A stretch of 64,000 nucleotides of DNA from Octopus vulgaris (GCA_951406725.2 OX597820.1:101556001-101620000), one strand, 5' to 3'; counted from the stretch's first letter, positions 27,411 through 44,743 are shown. A program made the numbers and translations. The notes: generated by a model not told the origin, from the letters alone.

Positions 27411-29738
27411 CAGAGAAATCGGTTCAACGCTCTTTGTTCTTCTTTGGTTTACATTGCTTGTAAAAAACTTTAAAGCCAGAAACAAAAATAGCACAATCAT
27501 GCTCTAACTTCGATCGCGTGACCACAATAGCACCAACTATAAGCACGCATGCGCAGTAAGCGGTGTGACAATAATAAATTTCTGCCAGCTCACCGCCTTA
27601 TAAATACATACATACACACATTTAGGTATGTATGTATGTATGTATGTATGTATGTATGTATGTATGTATGTATAAAAAGTAAATAGAACGATAGAGGCAG
27701 TATTAATGCCCGAAGGTAAAATATTCACCACTTAAAAATGGATAGTTGCGTTAGAACACACAAACACTGCAATATTTACCAAGAGAGAAAACTCACGCAT
27801 AAAAGCACATCATAGCCATTGCCAGTGATAAACAATCACCGCTATTTCCGCTGCTCAGACTACCAGATCACGTGGTTTCGGCCTGATTTTTCCTTTTCAT
27901 GATAGACACTAAACCGCTAAGCGTGGCTTAGGGGTTAGGGTATCTGGCTCACGATTGTAAGATCGTGAGTTCGATTCCCAGCGGCGAGTCGTATACTTGA
28001 GCTAGACGCTTTATTACGCATTGCTTTAATCCACTCAGCTGCCAAAAAAAATAATGTGTTGTACTTGTATTTCAAATAGCCAGACTTGTCACATTCTGTG
28101 TCACGCTGAATTTCCCTGAGAACTATGTTAAGGGTACGCATGTCTGTGGAGTGCTCAGCCACTTGCACGCTAATTTTATGCGCAGGTTGTTCTGTTGATC
28201 GAATCAACTGGAATGTTCGTCGTCGTAACCGACGGAGTAGCAGTTTTAACACACGCACACACACGCACGCACACGCACACACACGCACGCACACGCACAC
28301 ACACGATGGGCTTCTTTCAGCTTTCGTCTACCAAATCCGCCAACAAGACCTTGATCGGCCAGAGGTTATAGTAGAATGCACATGTCCAGCATGCCATGCA
28401 GTGGGACTGAATTCGAAACCACGTGCTTGGAAACCAAACGTCTTACCCCCCCCACACACACACACACACAAATACACCTACGTCTTTTGCGGTAAAAAAA
28501 AAGTAAATGACTTTGTCATTTTTGACAGGAGACGCCTTTTAGCATAAGTCCGTTCAATCAGACATGGCTTAAACAAGAACAAGAACAAGAACGACAACAA
28601 CAATGATACCAGCAACAACTTTGTTTATGAACAAATTAAGCCTTTAATAAAGACACGCCACCACCGTAGATTCCTCATATTTAGGGATAACTATTCTTTG
28701 TGACCCCTTCTGGAAAGCCTCCATTCTCAGTACAGCTTGCCGTATAGTATAATATGGTAAAATGTACCTATTTCTTTACTACCCACAAGGGGCTAAACAC
28801 AGAGGGGACAAACAAGGACAGACAAACGGATTAAGTCGATTATATCGACCCCAGTGCGTGACTGGTACTTCTTTAATCGACCCCGAAAGAATGAAAGGCA
28901 AAGCCGACCTCGGCGGAAGTTGAACTCAGAACGTAGCGGCAGACGAAATACTGCTAAGCATTTCGCCCGGCGTGCTACCGCTTCAGCCAGCTCGCCGCCA
29001 CCATGCTTTCAGTAATTGCTTTAAGTGGTTATGAACTCACGAGCAGACATTAACACCTTCTCCGATCCCCTCGCTCTTGACCTAGCGGAACGTCAAGATG
29101 TAACAGCTAGAGGGAAAGAGAGCTGCACTAGCACCGGGATGGCATTTATTACCACTAAGAAGACTAGCTCAAAGGGAAATGAAGTGCCAAGCACAACGTC
29201 ACAATACACCATCCCTCTGTACTTCGATCATGAGCCAAATAGCTTAATCATTAGGCCATGCACCTTAATCCCGCCCCCTACACATCTGCAATTGCAACAA
29301 GAATTTATAGGTTTCTTTTGAGCGTAGAAGAAAGACTATATGTGTATGTGTGTGTGTGTTGGTGGTGGAGATATTATACATGTTATAATTCATTATTTGG
29401 CATGTTCTCACCAAAGTAACTATTAGTAGCACATAAAAAACATGTACTGTGTCTATTAAATAATATTTATCTCTTACTAGATGGAGTACATTTTACTTGT
29501 TGGTTTTACCATCACAGAACAGTACAGTATGCGTGCGTGTGCGTGCGTGTGTTTGTGTAATAAAACGATTTCGATCGCCAAATCATTATCGTTATTATTA
29601 TATTTATCCTAAGCTGAAAGGCGTCCCACGTATATAACCATCCCATGGGATTACACTGAAAAATGAGACTAACAGGTGGTAGCTGACAGCAACAAGCGTA
29701 AGAGCTTTTTAGAGCACTTTCTGAAGCAAATCAAACGG

Positions 29739-29769
<31 letters not shown>

Positions 29770-30343
29770 TGTATGTATGTATGTATGTATGTATGTATGT
29801 ATGTGCGTATAAAAAATGGGAAAATGGCACTCTGTCGAATGTTACAGTTGATCCGATCAACGGAACAGTCTGCTCCTGAAACTAACAACACAAACATGCG
29901 TAAACCTAATGTCCCTTCTAGTGAGAGTCATCATGACACAAAGTGTGTTAAAGCTGCCCTTTGAGTTACAGGCATAGCACATTTTTTTCCAGCTGAGTGG
30001 ACTGGAGAAATATGAAATAAAGTGCCTTGTTCAAGGATACAGTGCGCCGCTCTGAATCGCACTTCCTAACCACAGAATACCTTAACCACTACGCCACGCG
30101 TTGCGTTGTGTTCTTGAGCGAAACACTTCATTTCCTGGAGGTCTACGATCACTTCGTCATCTGACATGTGGCACGTCGTGCAACTGTACAGGTATTGTCG
30201 ATCTGATGGAAGAGGATTAGCCCATGCGAACACAAACATTTGACCACTATAAACAAATCCCCTGTGTGGTTGTTCAGCAAGAAATTGCAGAACCGTCATA
30301 CGTCGTCAAACGACGGGAGAGTCCATGGTGGCACGTACACACG

Positions 30344-30383
<40 letters not shown>

Positions 30384-31074
30384 GGAGGGGCGAAAGAAAG
30401 ACAGAGAAAGGAGAGAAAAGAGAGAGAGAGGTGAGTTACATGAAATCAGAGATAAAGTGTTGTTGAGTTGAGTTTTAGGGTATACTCCAGAATGGGAGCA
30501 TAACGAAGACCTCCAGTGGGGTTGAGGCATGACTCTGTGATTGGAAAATTCGATTCGCAATCATGTGTTTATATTCGAGTCTGCTGTACAGCACATTGAC
30601 AAATGTTGTTTTTTATTAATACAACCTCGGTTTTACCAAAACCTCGACTGAGGTTGTCTTACAAAGAAACCTAGCAGAAATAAGTCGAATATATAACTAG
30701 TAAAATTGACTAAATATTACTAATTATAGTGAAAAGGAATATATCTGGATAGAAATATTAGAGCGCTAGAAATATTTCACGGAACGTATGCTCACCTCCC
30801 TGAATTCAAATCCTACGAGGGACGACATCGCCTTTAACCCTTCTTAAAACAAGTATCACATTGATATACTCTTTTACTTGTTTCAGTCATCTGACTGTAG
30901 CCATGCTGGAGCACCGCCTTTAGTCGAGCAAGTCGATCCCAGGACTTATTCTTTGTAAGCCTAGTACTTATTCTATCGGTCTCTTTTTGCCGAACCACTA
31001 AGTTACGGGGACGTAAACACACCAGCATTGGTTGTCAAGCGAGGATGGGGGGGGGGGAGACAAACACAGACACA

Positions 31075-31121
<47 letters not shown>

Positions 31122-31135
31122 TAATAATAATAATA

Positions 31136-33226
31136 TTATCGGAAAGTAGAGAAGCAGCAGAGGGAACGTTAGAGCGGTTGGACGAACTGATAGGATGGGC
31201 AAGGATGAAATTCAAAACCAAAAATTCTCGAAGCGTGGCTTTCGTGAAAGGAAGGCAAAAAGAAGTGAAATTCAGGATAGGAAGTGAAGACATACCAACG
31301 GTGAAAGAACAACCAGTAAAGAGTCTCGGCAGATGGTATAGAGACTTATTAAATGATAAGAAGCAAGGGAAAGAAACACACGAGTTAGTAGAACAAGGAT
31401 TAAAGGTAATTGACAGAACAACGCTGCCGGGAAAATTCAAATGTTGGATACTGCAATTTGGGCTGTACCCATGAATAATGTGGTCATTGCAAATGTACGA
31501 AATAGCCTCGAGTAGAGTAGAAAGTATGGAGCAAAGATGCAGTGTGTTTATCAGAAAATGGCTTGGTCTGCCGAAACCACTGAATACAACTGCACTATAT
31601 GGAAAACCCGTGCTGCAACTACCAATAACATCAATCGCCGAAGAATATAAGGCAGGAAAGGCAAGGACAGTAATGATGCTAAGGTATTCAAAAGATCACA
31701 GCATCCGGGAAAACCCTCCAAAGGTACGAACAGGAAGGAAATGGAAGGCGGAAGAGGCAGTAAACAGGGCGATCGGAAAACTAAGACACGCAGATATAGT
31801 CGGAGCGACACAAGAAGCTAGAATCGGCCTAGGGTCGCAAAATTTCAGGCCATTTTGCAAGAGCAGTGTAAAAGAGATGAAAGAGGCAGTGGTATACGAA
31901 GTGAGAAAGGAGGAAGAAGAAAGGCGAAATGTACATTTGGTGCAATGCAGTCAACAGGGACAGTGCCTGAGATGGGACGAATATGTGATCAACCGCAGAA
32001 TATCATGGAAGGATATCATGGGAACAAGCAAGAACATCCTTCCTGATCAAGTCTACCTTCGACGTTCTACCCTCACCGGCGAACTTAGTCCGGTGGAACA
32101 TAAAAACAACCGATGAGTGTAGATGCGGAGAGAAAGCGACGGTTAGACATGTTCTGTCAAGTTGCAGACTAGCACTTGAAAGATATACTTGGCGGCATAA
32201 TCAAGTCCTCGGCGTCATAAGCACTCAAGGAGAAAATCGAGAGGTACAATAGGGGAGAGTACTCAAAAGTAGAAAAGCACAGGAAAGTATACTTCCACAA
32301 GGAGGGAAAAGGTTATAAAACCAGGCCTACAAGTAAAGTATACGAGATAGACGAAAGATGGAAGGGATACTGGGAGGTGGCCACGGACTTGGAAAGACAA
32401 GTAATATTTCCACTAATAAAAACAACAAAAAGACTGGATTTAGTTCTATGGAACAGAGTCCGGAGAATGGGAATTTTACTAGAACTGACAATACCTTGGG
32501 AAGAGAACAACAGCAATGCAGAGGAACGAAAGGAGAAGAGGTATGAAAAGCTAATCGAAGAATGCAGAGAACAGGGATGGAATGTCGAATATTATCACCT
32601 GGCAGTGGGGGCTAGAGGCTTCATTGAAAAGAAAATGACAACGCTTTTCAAAAGATTTGTTTTTTCTAGCTCCGAGCTGCATAAACTAATAAGGAGAGTA
32701 CAGGAAGCGGTCGAAAAAGTCAGCTTCTATATATGGCTGAAGCAGGAAGACCGAAAATGGCTTGAAAATCATAAACACGCCGACGGGAAATAACATCATT
32801 AGGTGAGACAAGCTGACTGAATCAGCTTCGCTGACTGACAGGTGACGGTCGTTTACAAAAGGCACGGGCTAAAACTACGCGCCTTCACTAGTCAGTTAAA
32901 GTGAGACATTGTCACGTGACAACTTGCTGGGGCTGCCTACTGGAGCCTATGCGGCAGGTATTTAAAGGGAAAAATTTAACAAGACAGTCAGTCACCGGCT
33001 GACACTCGCTGACGATACATCGAAGAGGCCAGGGAACAGAAGAAGAAAGAAGACATGCACCCAACACCAGAGCTGGAGACACCTCCGAAAGGGGGGTGCC
33101 ACGTCAAAACGGTAGAGGAGTAGGGGCCGAAACCGGACGGGGTTCCTCCTGATGATGTCTTGAGCTAACTGGATCCTATAAAGGATCTGTTGTGGTAGCA
33201 GACCACGAAACACGGTTGTAATTCCT

Positions 33227-33228
<2 letters not shown>
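31136..33228 (+). mobile_element. 5'-truncated HERO-like non-LTR retrotransposon with restriction-like endonuclease, disrupted
   Basis: WARMKFK..SRS, PVKSLGRWY, RKWLGLP, VRTGRKWKA, CCHC knuckle (CRCG...HVLSSC...YTWRHNQVL), RLDLVLW...LLELTIPWEE; stops and frameshifts. It splits a minus-strand SINE (30868-31110 / 33290-33455). Confidence 0.88.
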
Positions 33229-33286
<58 letters not shown>

Positions 33287-33763
33287 TATATATGACGGGC
33301 TTCTTTCAGTTTCCGTCTACCAAATCCACTCACAAGGCTTTGGTCGGCCCGAGGCTATAGTAGAAGACACTTGCCCAAGGTGCCACGCAGTGGGACTGAA
33401 CCCGGAACCATGTGGTTGGTAAGCAAGCTACTTACCACACAGCCACTCCTGCGCCTATATAGCTAAAATAATTATTTTCCTTCTACGAAAGCGGGTGGTT
33501 CTTGACTGGGGCCAATGGTAAGATTTTGTTGTCGACATTTATATGCAGCAAATTGCTTATGCTTCTACAATACACAAAATATGTTGATTATTTTACACAA
33601 TAGGCGCAGGCTTGGCTGTGTGGTAAGGAACTTGCTTCCTCACCGTATGGTTCCGAGTTCAGTTCCGCTGCGTGGCTCCTTGAGCAGGTGTCTTCTACTA
33701 CAGCCTCAGGCCGACCAAAGCCCTTTGAGTGGATTTGGTAGGTAGAAACTGAAAGAAACCGAT

Positions 33764-33800
<37 letters not shown>

Positions 33801-33880
33801 CTAAGTTGAGAATTTAGTGGTAAGACAGTTTGACGTCTATTTTTAGCATACAAGGGATCCACATAGGGATCTCTCATATT

Positions 33881-33940
<60 letters not shown>

Positions 33941-34434
33941 AAGAGAGAGAGAGATAATTATGTGTGTACGTCTTTGTATCAGTGTTTGTACTCCCACCAC
34001 CGCTCGGCAATCGGTGTTGGTGTGTTTACGTCCCTGTAACTTAGTGGTTTAGCAACAGTGACCGATATAATAAGTACCAGGCTTTAAAAAAAATATAAGT
34101 GCTGGAGGCAATTTCATTCAACTAAAAATTCTTCAAGGCAGAAATTCATACATATATACATACATACATGGTTGCAGTCTAATGACTGAAATAAGTAAAA
34201 GATAAAAGAATTCTTAATATTTAATTATAAACATATGGTAGGATATTTTGTGCCCCCATCGGATGGCTATTGAGGTCTGGAAGAGTAAAAGTAGGATCAA
34301 GGAAGTTAATAGGCAAAAAAGTAGTCGAGAAACACTACTATTGTGTCTTTGCGTCGCTCTCTCACTCTTTCTATCTGTCTACCTACCTACCTACCTACCT
34401 ACCTACCTACATACATACATACATACATACATAC

Positions 34435-35504
34435 ATAAGGAGACCCCTTCGGTCATGAATGACCATGGGATTACACCTAGAAAGTTACTATCCGAGGCAC
34501 AAGTCCAGGCAAGATTGTTTACGGAAGACCAGCAGTCACCCATGCGTACCATCCTCCCCTCTCCACATCACTGATGTTATCCAAAGGAAAGGCAAAGGCC
34601 GATAGAGCTTGACACCTGTGACGTTGCAACTCATTTCTACAGCTGAGTTAACTGGAGCAACGTGAAATAAAGTGTCTTGCTCAAGAACACAACACGCAGC
34701 CCGGTCCGGGAATCGAACACAGAACCTCACGATCGTACGCTCGACATCCTAACCACTGAGCCATGCGCCTTCACATACATACATACATAATAAATACATA
34801 CGTACATACATACTTAAGGAGTACCGGTGGAATGTCCGATGCAGACTTTGTGGAGTTGTCACCGAAAATATCACCCACATCATAAGCAGTTGTCCAAAAA
34901 CGTTATCATGTTATCATATACCGATGAAACACGATGCTGTAGCTAGGACAATGTATATCGAGATACGCCAAAAGGATAACTCCGAGGACATAGAAATAAG
35001 GACCCACAATATGGTGGAACCTATAGCCACTCATTGGAAGAATGTCCCAATGAAAACCTCAATAAAATGTAAACACAATAGACCCGATATAATGTTTTGG
35101 GATAGAGAAGAGAAATTGTGTATAGTTGTGGAAATCAGCTGCTCAACGGATGTTAACATAAAGCTAAAGAGCTGCTAAAAAGGGAGTACTTACGTTGAAC
35201 TATTGAGGAATCTCCAGCTACTTTACCCACATTACAAGTTCAGGTTTATACTTGTAAATATTGGGACACTGGGATATGTAACACACTGCCTAAATACCAA
35301 TCTTGAGAAATTAGGCTTCTCAAAACCAGAAAGAAGAAAGCTAATTCGAAGACTACAGATCCAAGAACTGTAAAAGATCACTGGAACTGTAAAAGTCTTT
35401 AAAACTTTCCAGAAGTTTATCATTTAAGTATATATGAGCGTGTCTAGATATGCAAGTATATGCATGAGAAGACATACATAAAACAAAACATACAAATCTG
35501 CACG

Positions 35505-35545
<41 letters not shown>

Positions 35546-36095
35546 ATACACACACACACACACATACATACATACATACATACATACATACATACATACA
35601 TACATACATACATACATACATACATACATACATACATACATACATACATACATACATACATACATACATACATACATACATACATACATACATACATACA
35701 TACATACATACATACATACATACATACATACATACATACATACATACATACATAAGGAGGGGACCTTCTTCAGTCATGAATGACCATGGGATTGCACCTA
35801 CGAAGTTACTCTCCAAGGCACAAGTCCAGGCAAGATTGTTTACGGAAGACCAGCAGTCACCCATGCGTACCAACCTCCGCTCTCCACACCACCAGTGTTA
35901 TCCAAAGGAAAGGCAAAGGCCGATAGAGCTTGACACCTGTGACGTCGTAACTCATTTCTACAGCTGAGTGAACTGGAGCAACGTGAAATAAAGTGTCTTG
36001 CTCAAGAACACAACACGCAGCCCGGTCCGGGAATCGAACACACAACCTCACGATCGTAAGCTCGACGCTTCAACCACTGAGCCATGCGCCTTCAC
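34435..36095 (-). mobile_element. Two closely related tRNA-SINE copies (34435-34775, 35755-36095), each in (CATA)n, flanking the R4-like fragment
   Basis: Both read gtgaaggcgcatggctcagtggtt...gttcgattcccggaccggg...catggtcattcatgac on the minus strand. Confidence 0.85.
34815..35430 (+). mobile_element. R4/Dong-like non-LTR retrotransposon 3' fragment (CCHC + PD-(D/E)XK endonuclease)
   Basis: CRLCG...ENITHIISSCPK...HDAVAR...HNRPDIMFWD...IVVEISC; sits among (CATA)n tracts. Confidence 0.8.
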
Positions 36096-36231
36096 ACATA
36101 CATACCCTATTATGTTGAAATTTTAATGAAAGAGCCTTGGATTTAGCTTAGAAACCGGCTCTTTCTCTATTGGTAAAAAATCTTGAAATAAAACCGAATA
36201 ATGACATACATACATACATACATACATACAT

Positions 36232-36266
<35 letters not shown>

Positions 36267-37217
36267 TACATACATACATGCACAAAATTAACACTCCATC
36301 AGTAACGGAGATAATTGATCCAATTGATCCAATCAAAGGAACAGCCTGCTCGTGAAATTAACGTGCAAGTAGCTGAGTATTCCGCAGACACGCGTATCCT
36401 TAACGTAGTTCTAAGAGAGATTCAGTGTGACACAGAATGTGACAAAGCTGGCCTTTTTGCGTTACAGGTACGACTCATTTTTGCCAGCTGAGTGGACTGA
36501 AATAACACGCTGCCAGATATTGAACTCATGACGCTATCATCGTAAGCCGAATACCCTAAGTACCAAGGCACATACATAGATACATACATACATACATACA
36601 TACATACATACATACAGATATGCGTTCAAAGTTTCACACATACATATATACATAAATATACACACTTTTAAAACCCACACATATATACGCATTTATATAT
36701 ATTTTTTGTTATTTCATATGGCAAATCGTGAACAATAGCGTCGTTACAGATTTTCCCGTCACCAATGGTATATTTTGTACATGCATACATACATACTAGA
36801 GCAACAATAGGTGCAGGAGTGGCTGTGTGGTAAGTAGCTCGTTTACCAAGCACATGGTTCCGGGTTCAGTCCCACTGCGTGGCACCTTGGGCAAGTGTCT
36901 TCTACTATAACCTCGGGCCGACCAAAGCCTTGTGAGTGGATTTGGTAGACGGAAACTGAAAAGAAACCCGTCGTATATATGTGTATATATATATATGCAT
37001 GTGTGTGTTTGTGTGTCTGTGTTTGTCCTCCTAGCATTGCTTGACAATGCTGTGTTTATGTCCCCGTTACCTAGCGGTTCGGCAAAAGATACCGATAGAA
37101 TAAGTACTGGGCTTACAAAAGAATAAGTCCCGGGGTCGAGTTGCAGGGACATAAACACACCAGCATCGATTGTCAAGCAATGCTAGGGGGACAAACACAG
37201 ACACACAAACACACACA

Positions 37218-38079
<862 letters not shown>

Positions 38080-38723
38080 GCTTAGCGAAATGCTTAGCGG
38101 TATTTCGTCTGTCTTTACGTTCTGAGTTCAAATTCCCCTGAGGTCGACTTTGCCTTTCATCCTTTCGAGGTCAATAAACTAAGTTCCAGTTGCGTACTGG
38201 TGTCGATCTAATCGACTGGCGCCCTTCTCCAAAACTTTGAGCTTTGTGCCTAGCGTAGAAAAGAACATGTATGTATGTATGTATGTATGTATGTATGTAT
38301 GTATGTATGTATGTATGTATGTATGTATGAGCACTTATCAGTCACTCAATCAACTAATTCAATTAATCAATTAGTCAATGTATCTATTTGTCTGTTTACC
38401 TATTTAACTACATATCACCTGCTTATAGTCATTATACGCGCGCGCACACACACACACCCACACATCTATATATGCATGTATGTATGAATATGTAATGATG
38501 TCTGTGCTTGTGTGTGTGTATGTATATACATACATACACACATATATATATATATATATACATACATATGTATATGTGTGGTAAGTAGCTTGTCTACCAA
38601 CCGCATGGTTCCGGGTTCAGTCCCACTGCGTGGTACCTTGGGTAAGTGTCTTCTACTATAGCCTCGGGCCGACCAAAGCCTTGTGAGTGGATTTGGTAGA
38701 CGGAAATTGAAAGAAGCCCGTCG

Positions 38724-38754
<31 letters not shown>

Positions 38755-38977
38755 ATGCGTATGTGTGTTTGTGTGTCTGTGTTTGTCCCCGAGCATCGCT
38801 TGACAACCGATGCTGGTGTGTTTATGTCCCCGTCACTTAGCGGTTCGGCAAAAGAGACCGATAGAATAAGTACTGGGCTTACAAAAGAATAAGTCCCGGG
38901 TTCGAGTTGCTCGATCAAAGGCGGTGCTCCAGCATGGCCGCAGTCAAATGACTGAATACAAGTAAAAGAGTAAAGGA

Positions 38978-39020
<43 letters not shown>

Positions 39021-39145
39021 CGTGTGTGTGTGTGTATCTGTCTGTGCGTGTTGTTTGTGAGTGTTTATGTATTTATTCTCAAGTTATAACTGACATAATC
39101 ACAACACACCAATGTTTTATATAATTGTATTACAAAATCACTCAC

Positions 39146-39225
39146 TTGGTTTCTCTTTTCTCACTGCGTAGAGCTGAGTTACATTCTTCCAGGTTCGTTT
39201 GATTTTCTTCTATATTACTTTCCAT
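39146..39225 (-). CDS. Putative first coding exon of SAM-like/repeat protein gene A (MESNIEENQTNLEECNSALRSEKRET-)
   Basis: Minus strand reads aaaaATGG..., then 26 open codons + 2 nt, then donor AA|GTGAGT (phase 2). The phase matches the acceptor at 15859. Not in the ORF track (too short). Linkage across the ~23 kb intron is inferred. Confidence 0.6.
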
Positions 39226-39427
39226 TTTTCCTCTCAGACGCCACTATCAATGTCTGTCCCACTGTCATTACCTACCTCTCTCTCTCTCTCTCTCTCCGGC
39301 TCTATCTTTTTATCGTTCTTACTCTCCCACTTTCTGAACCAGACGTGTGCTACTGTGATATGAATTGTTATGTCAATGTGACTGCAAGTATATTTTAGTA
39401 CGTGTCTCTTTTGTCACTTGCTTTTCC

Positions 39428-39485
<58 letters not shown>

Positions 39486-39636
39486 TTGCGCAGGTGTGGC
39501 TGTCTGGTAAGAAACTTGCTTCCTAACCACATGGCTCTGCGTTCAGCCCTACTATGTGACACCCCGCTATAGCATCGGTTGACCAAGGTCTTGTGAGTGG
39601 ATTTGGAAGACGGAAACTGAATGAAGCCCGTCGTTT

Positions 39637-39702
<66 letters not shown>

Positions 39703-40353
39703 AAAAGAAAAACAGGGCGCAAAAGATTTTGCGGTACATATGTTTCGGGCTTTATTGAACAACTTGTATATATACATATGCAGGAGTGGCTGTGTAGTAA
39801 GTAGCTTGCTTACCAACCACATGGTTCCGGGTTCAGTCCCACTGCGTGGCACCTTGGGCAAGTGTCTTCTACTATAGCCTCGGGTCGACCAAAGCCTTGT
39901 GAGTGGATTTGGTAGACGGAAACTGAAAGAAGCTTGTCGTATATATATGTATATATATGTATGTGTGTGTTTGTGTGTCTGTGTCCCCCCCAACATCGGT
40001 TGACAACCGATGCTGGTATGTTTACGTCCCCGTTACTTAGCGGTTCGGCAAAAGAGACCGATAGAATAAGTACTAGGCTTACGAAGAATAAGTCCTGGGG
40101 TCGATTTGCTCGACTAAAAGGCGGTGCTCCAGCATGGCCGCAGTCAAATTACTGAAACAAGTAAAAGAGTATATATATGTAGGCGTAGGAGTGGCTGTTT
40201 GGTAAGTAGATTGCTTACCAACCACATGGTTCTGGGTTCGGTCACACTGCGTGGCATCTTGGGCAAGTGCCTCCTACTATAGCCTCGGGCCGACCAAAGC
40301 CTTGTAAGTGGGTTTGGTAGACGGAAAATGAAAGAAGTCCGTCGTAAGTGTGC

Positions 40354-40403
<50 letters not shown>

Positions 40404-40459
40404 TTGTTCCCCCACCATCGCTTGAGACCTGACGTTAGTGTGTTTACGTCTCCGTTACA

Positions 40460-40680
40460 CTGTGCTTTTCAAACTTTTTGCTGGAGCGGAACCCCAAGGA
40501 AACATTCCACTGGCTCGAGGAACCCCCGTGCAATAATTTAATAGTCTTAGGCACCACATATCTGCACAGAAGAATTAAAAATTACTGCCGACTTTAGCAG
40601 TTTTGGTAACTTCTGGCGGAACCCCTGGACTGTACTGGCGAAACCCTAAGGTTCCGAGGAACCCTGGTTGAAAACCACTG
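40460..40680. mobile_element. hAT (Charlie-like) MITE inserted in a SINE
   Basis: ctgtgcttttcaa ... ttgaaaaccactg termini; 8-bp TSD ccgttaca / ccgtaaca; internal ggaaccc repeats. Confidence 0.8.
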
Positions 40681-40816
40681 CCGTAACATATCGTTTCGGC
40701 AAAACAGTCCTACAGAATAAGTACTAGACTTAGGAAGAATAAGTCCCAAGGTCGATTTGTTCGACTAAAGACGTTGCTCGAGCATGGCCGGAGTCAAATG
40801 ACTGAAACAAATATAA

Positions 40817-40882
<66 letters not shown>

Positions 40883-41097
40883 CATATATATATTACTCTT
40901 TTACTTGTTTCAGTCATTTGCCTGCGGCCATGCTGGAGCACCGCCTTTTAGTCGGGCAAATCGATCCCAGGACTTATTCTTTGGAAGCCTAGTACTTATT
41001 CTATCGGTCTCTTTTGCCGAACCGCTAAGTTACGGGGACGTAAACACACCAGCATCGGTTGTCAAGCGATGTTGGGGGGACAAACACAGACACACAA

Positions 41098-41170
<73 letters not shown>

Positions 41171-41254
41171 TACGATAGGCTTCTTTCAGTTTCCGTCTAC
41201 CAAATTCACTCACAAGGCTTTGGTCGGCCCGAGGCTATAGTAGAAGACACTTGC

Positions 41255-41304
<50 letters not shown>

Positions 41305-41947
41305 TATATTAAGGATTCGAGTGAATCAGGTACTTAAATTATAGGAACCAGGTTGGGTCGAATTAACTTGTAAGCAGCACCTTTAGTCGAATAAATATCA
41401 TGAGTACCGAAGTACATACAGTGAACCGTCAATGACTGGAAATCTGTAACGACGCTATTGTTAACAAGTTGCCATATAAAATAGCAAAAAAAAAAAAGTA
41501 TATATAAATGCGTGTGTGTATGTAAATATGTATTTATAAAACTATGAATGTATGTATGTATGTAGGTATGGATGTATGTTTATGCATCTATGCATATATG
41601 CCTACGTTTTGTGTGGGTATGCATGTATGTGTGTGTGTGCGTGTGCCTTTTCGTTAAGCTGGAATGGGCAACATTTTAACAACACCCTTCGGTTATTTAC
41701 CCAATAAAATTATTTCTATTGTCACTGTACGCTACAATATAGAAGATAAATATTGAAAGAATTTGAAATATATCTCCCTCCCTCTCTCCCTCGCTATATT
41801 ATATATGTGTATATATGTGTATGTGTCAGTATATATGTGTGTGTCTGTGTGAGTGTACATGTATGTGTGTGTGTGAGTGTGCATGTATGTGTTTGTGTTG
41901 TATGTCTGTGTCTATACAAGTATGCGCGAGTGTACATTAGTATGTTT

Positions 41948-42897
<950 letters not shown>

Positions 42898-43300
42898 ATG
42901 TATATATGTGCATATATATGTGTATATATGTGTTTGTATATATATATATTTATATATATCGAGAGAGAGGGGGAGGGAGAGAGAGCGGTTGAGAGAGACT
43001 GTATCATAATATATGAAAAGGGTGTATGCGTTTGGGTGTTGCGCGTGGTGTCAACGTATCCGTGCGCACTCGCGTATATTGTGTTGTATGTGTGTGTGCG
43101 TGTGTGTGTGTGTGTGTGTAATGTGTGTGTGTGTGTGTGATGTCATTGGGTATTATGTTAGAATACCCATTCTGTCGGTTGAATGGTGTTTATTGTTTGG
43201 TTCATGAAACTGACGTCTCATGTTTTCACGGTTATATCTGCTGTATCAAAAGGTTAGTGAACTGTCACTAACACGAGACATATTTTGGCAGAACAAAGAT

Positions 43301-43301
<1 letters not shown>

Positions 43302-43360
<59 letters not shown>

Positions 43361-43663
43361 GTAATAATGATGATAATAATAATAACCTATTCTGCTCAAT
43401 ACCACAGATTTGCTTGTCAGTTGTTTGACCTTAACCAGTTGAGCATGCCCCTTAGTGGCTGACGATATGTACATCTCTGATCACAAGGAGAAGTAGTGGG
43501 GGAGCATTATAGCCGTGTGTTGAAAGGAATTCTTAGAGGTTTGGATAATTCCCCTTTGGAAACATTGGTGGTTCATTCAACCTCCTTAAACAACCCCTAT
43601 TCAGGGACCTTTTGAGCGGGATGGGCTACTCGACAAGAAAAAAAATTCTAACGATTATCATCA

Positions 43664-43712
<49 letters not shown>

Positions 43713-43746
43713 TATTATTATTATTATTACTACTACTACTACTACA

Positions 43747-43783
<37 letters not shown>

Positions 43784-43794
43784 TTATTATTATT

Positions 43795-43828
<34 letters not shown>

Positions 43829-44091
43829 GTAATAATGATGATAATAATAATAACCTTTTCTACAGTAGACACAAGACATGAGACTTTGGCGAAGGTGGGG
43901 GTGGGTGCTGTCGCGTATATCGAACCCGGCGCGTAACTTGTACTTATTTCATCGATCCCGAAAAGATGAAAGGGAAAGTTGGGTCTGTCGGAATTTGAAC
44001 TGAGAACCTAAGAACACATATACATACATGCATATATACATACGCATGCATAAAGAAACGGAGATTATTATTGTTATTATTATTATCATCA

Positions 44092-44134
<43 letters not shown>

Positions 44135-44146
44135 TATTATTATTAT

Positions 44147-44217
<71 letters not shown>

Positions 44218-44267
44218 TTATTATTATTATTATTATTATTATTGTTATTACTACTACTACTACTACA

Positions 44268-44335
<68 letters not shown>

Positions 44336-44375
44336 TATTATTATTACTATTATTATTATGACTATTATTATTTTA
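43302..44375. repeat. Mosaic of (TAA)n/(TAT)n/(TAC)n microsatellites with interspersed repeat fragments
   Basis: Direct reading; source of the poly-I/T/L/Y ORFs. Confidence 0.95.
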
Positions 44376-44377
44376 TT

Positions 44378-44497
44378 AGTGGTTATTATTAGCTCAAGGG
44401 CAGGAAGTTTCCTATCGTCTCAAACTTATCTCTGTCATACAAGAGAATATTGACAAACTTATACGGACGTATGACATCATGTACACACACACACACA

Positions 44498-44535
<38 letters not shown>

Positions 44536-44743
44536 CACACACACACACGCATACAACACATAGAACATACACACATACCTATTATTGCTCAAAAACTAGT
44601 TTTTTATTTTCGTATCTCCCCTGTATGTAGTTCCTCATCGCCTTCTCAGCTTGTTGCGTGCACCAATTCAACTGACCTAGGACTTAACGCTAACTTTAAT
44701 CAAACAATACCTCCTCTTACTTCACTCCTTTTCTCCTATTTTG

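Noticed and set aside
33122-33165. GAAAC...CTGATGA in the HERO 3' region as a permuted hammerhead
   Set aside because: I could not form stems I and II around it; more likely an ordinary 3' motif of the element.
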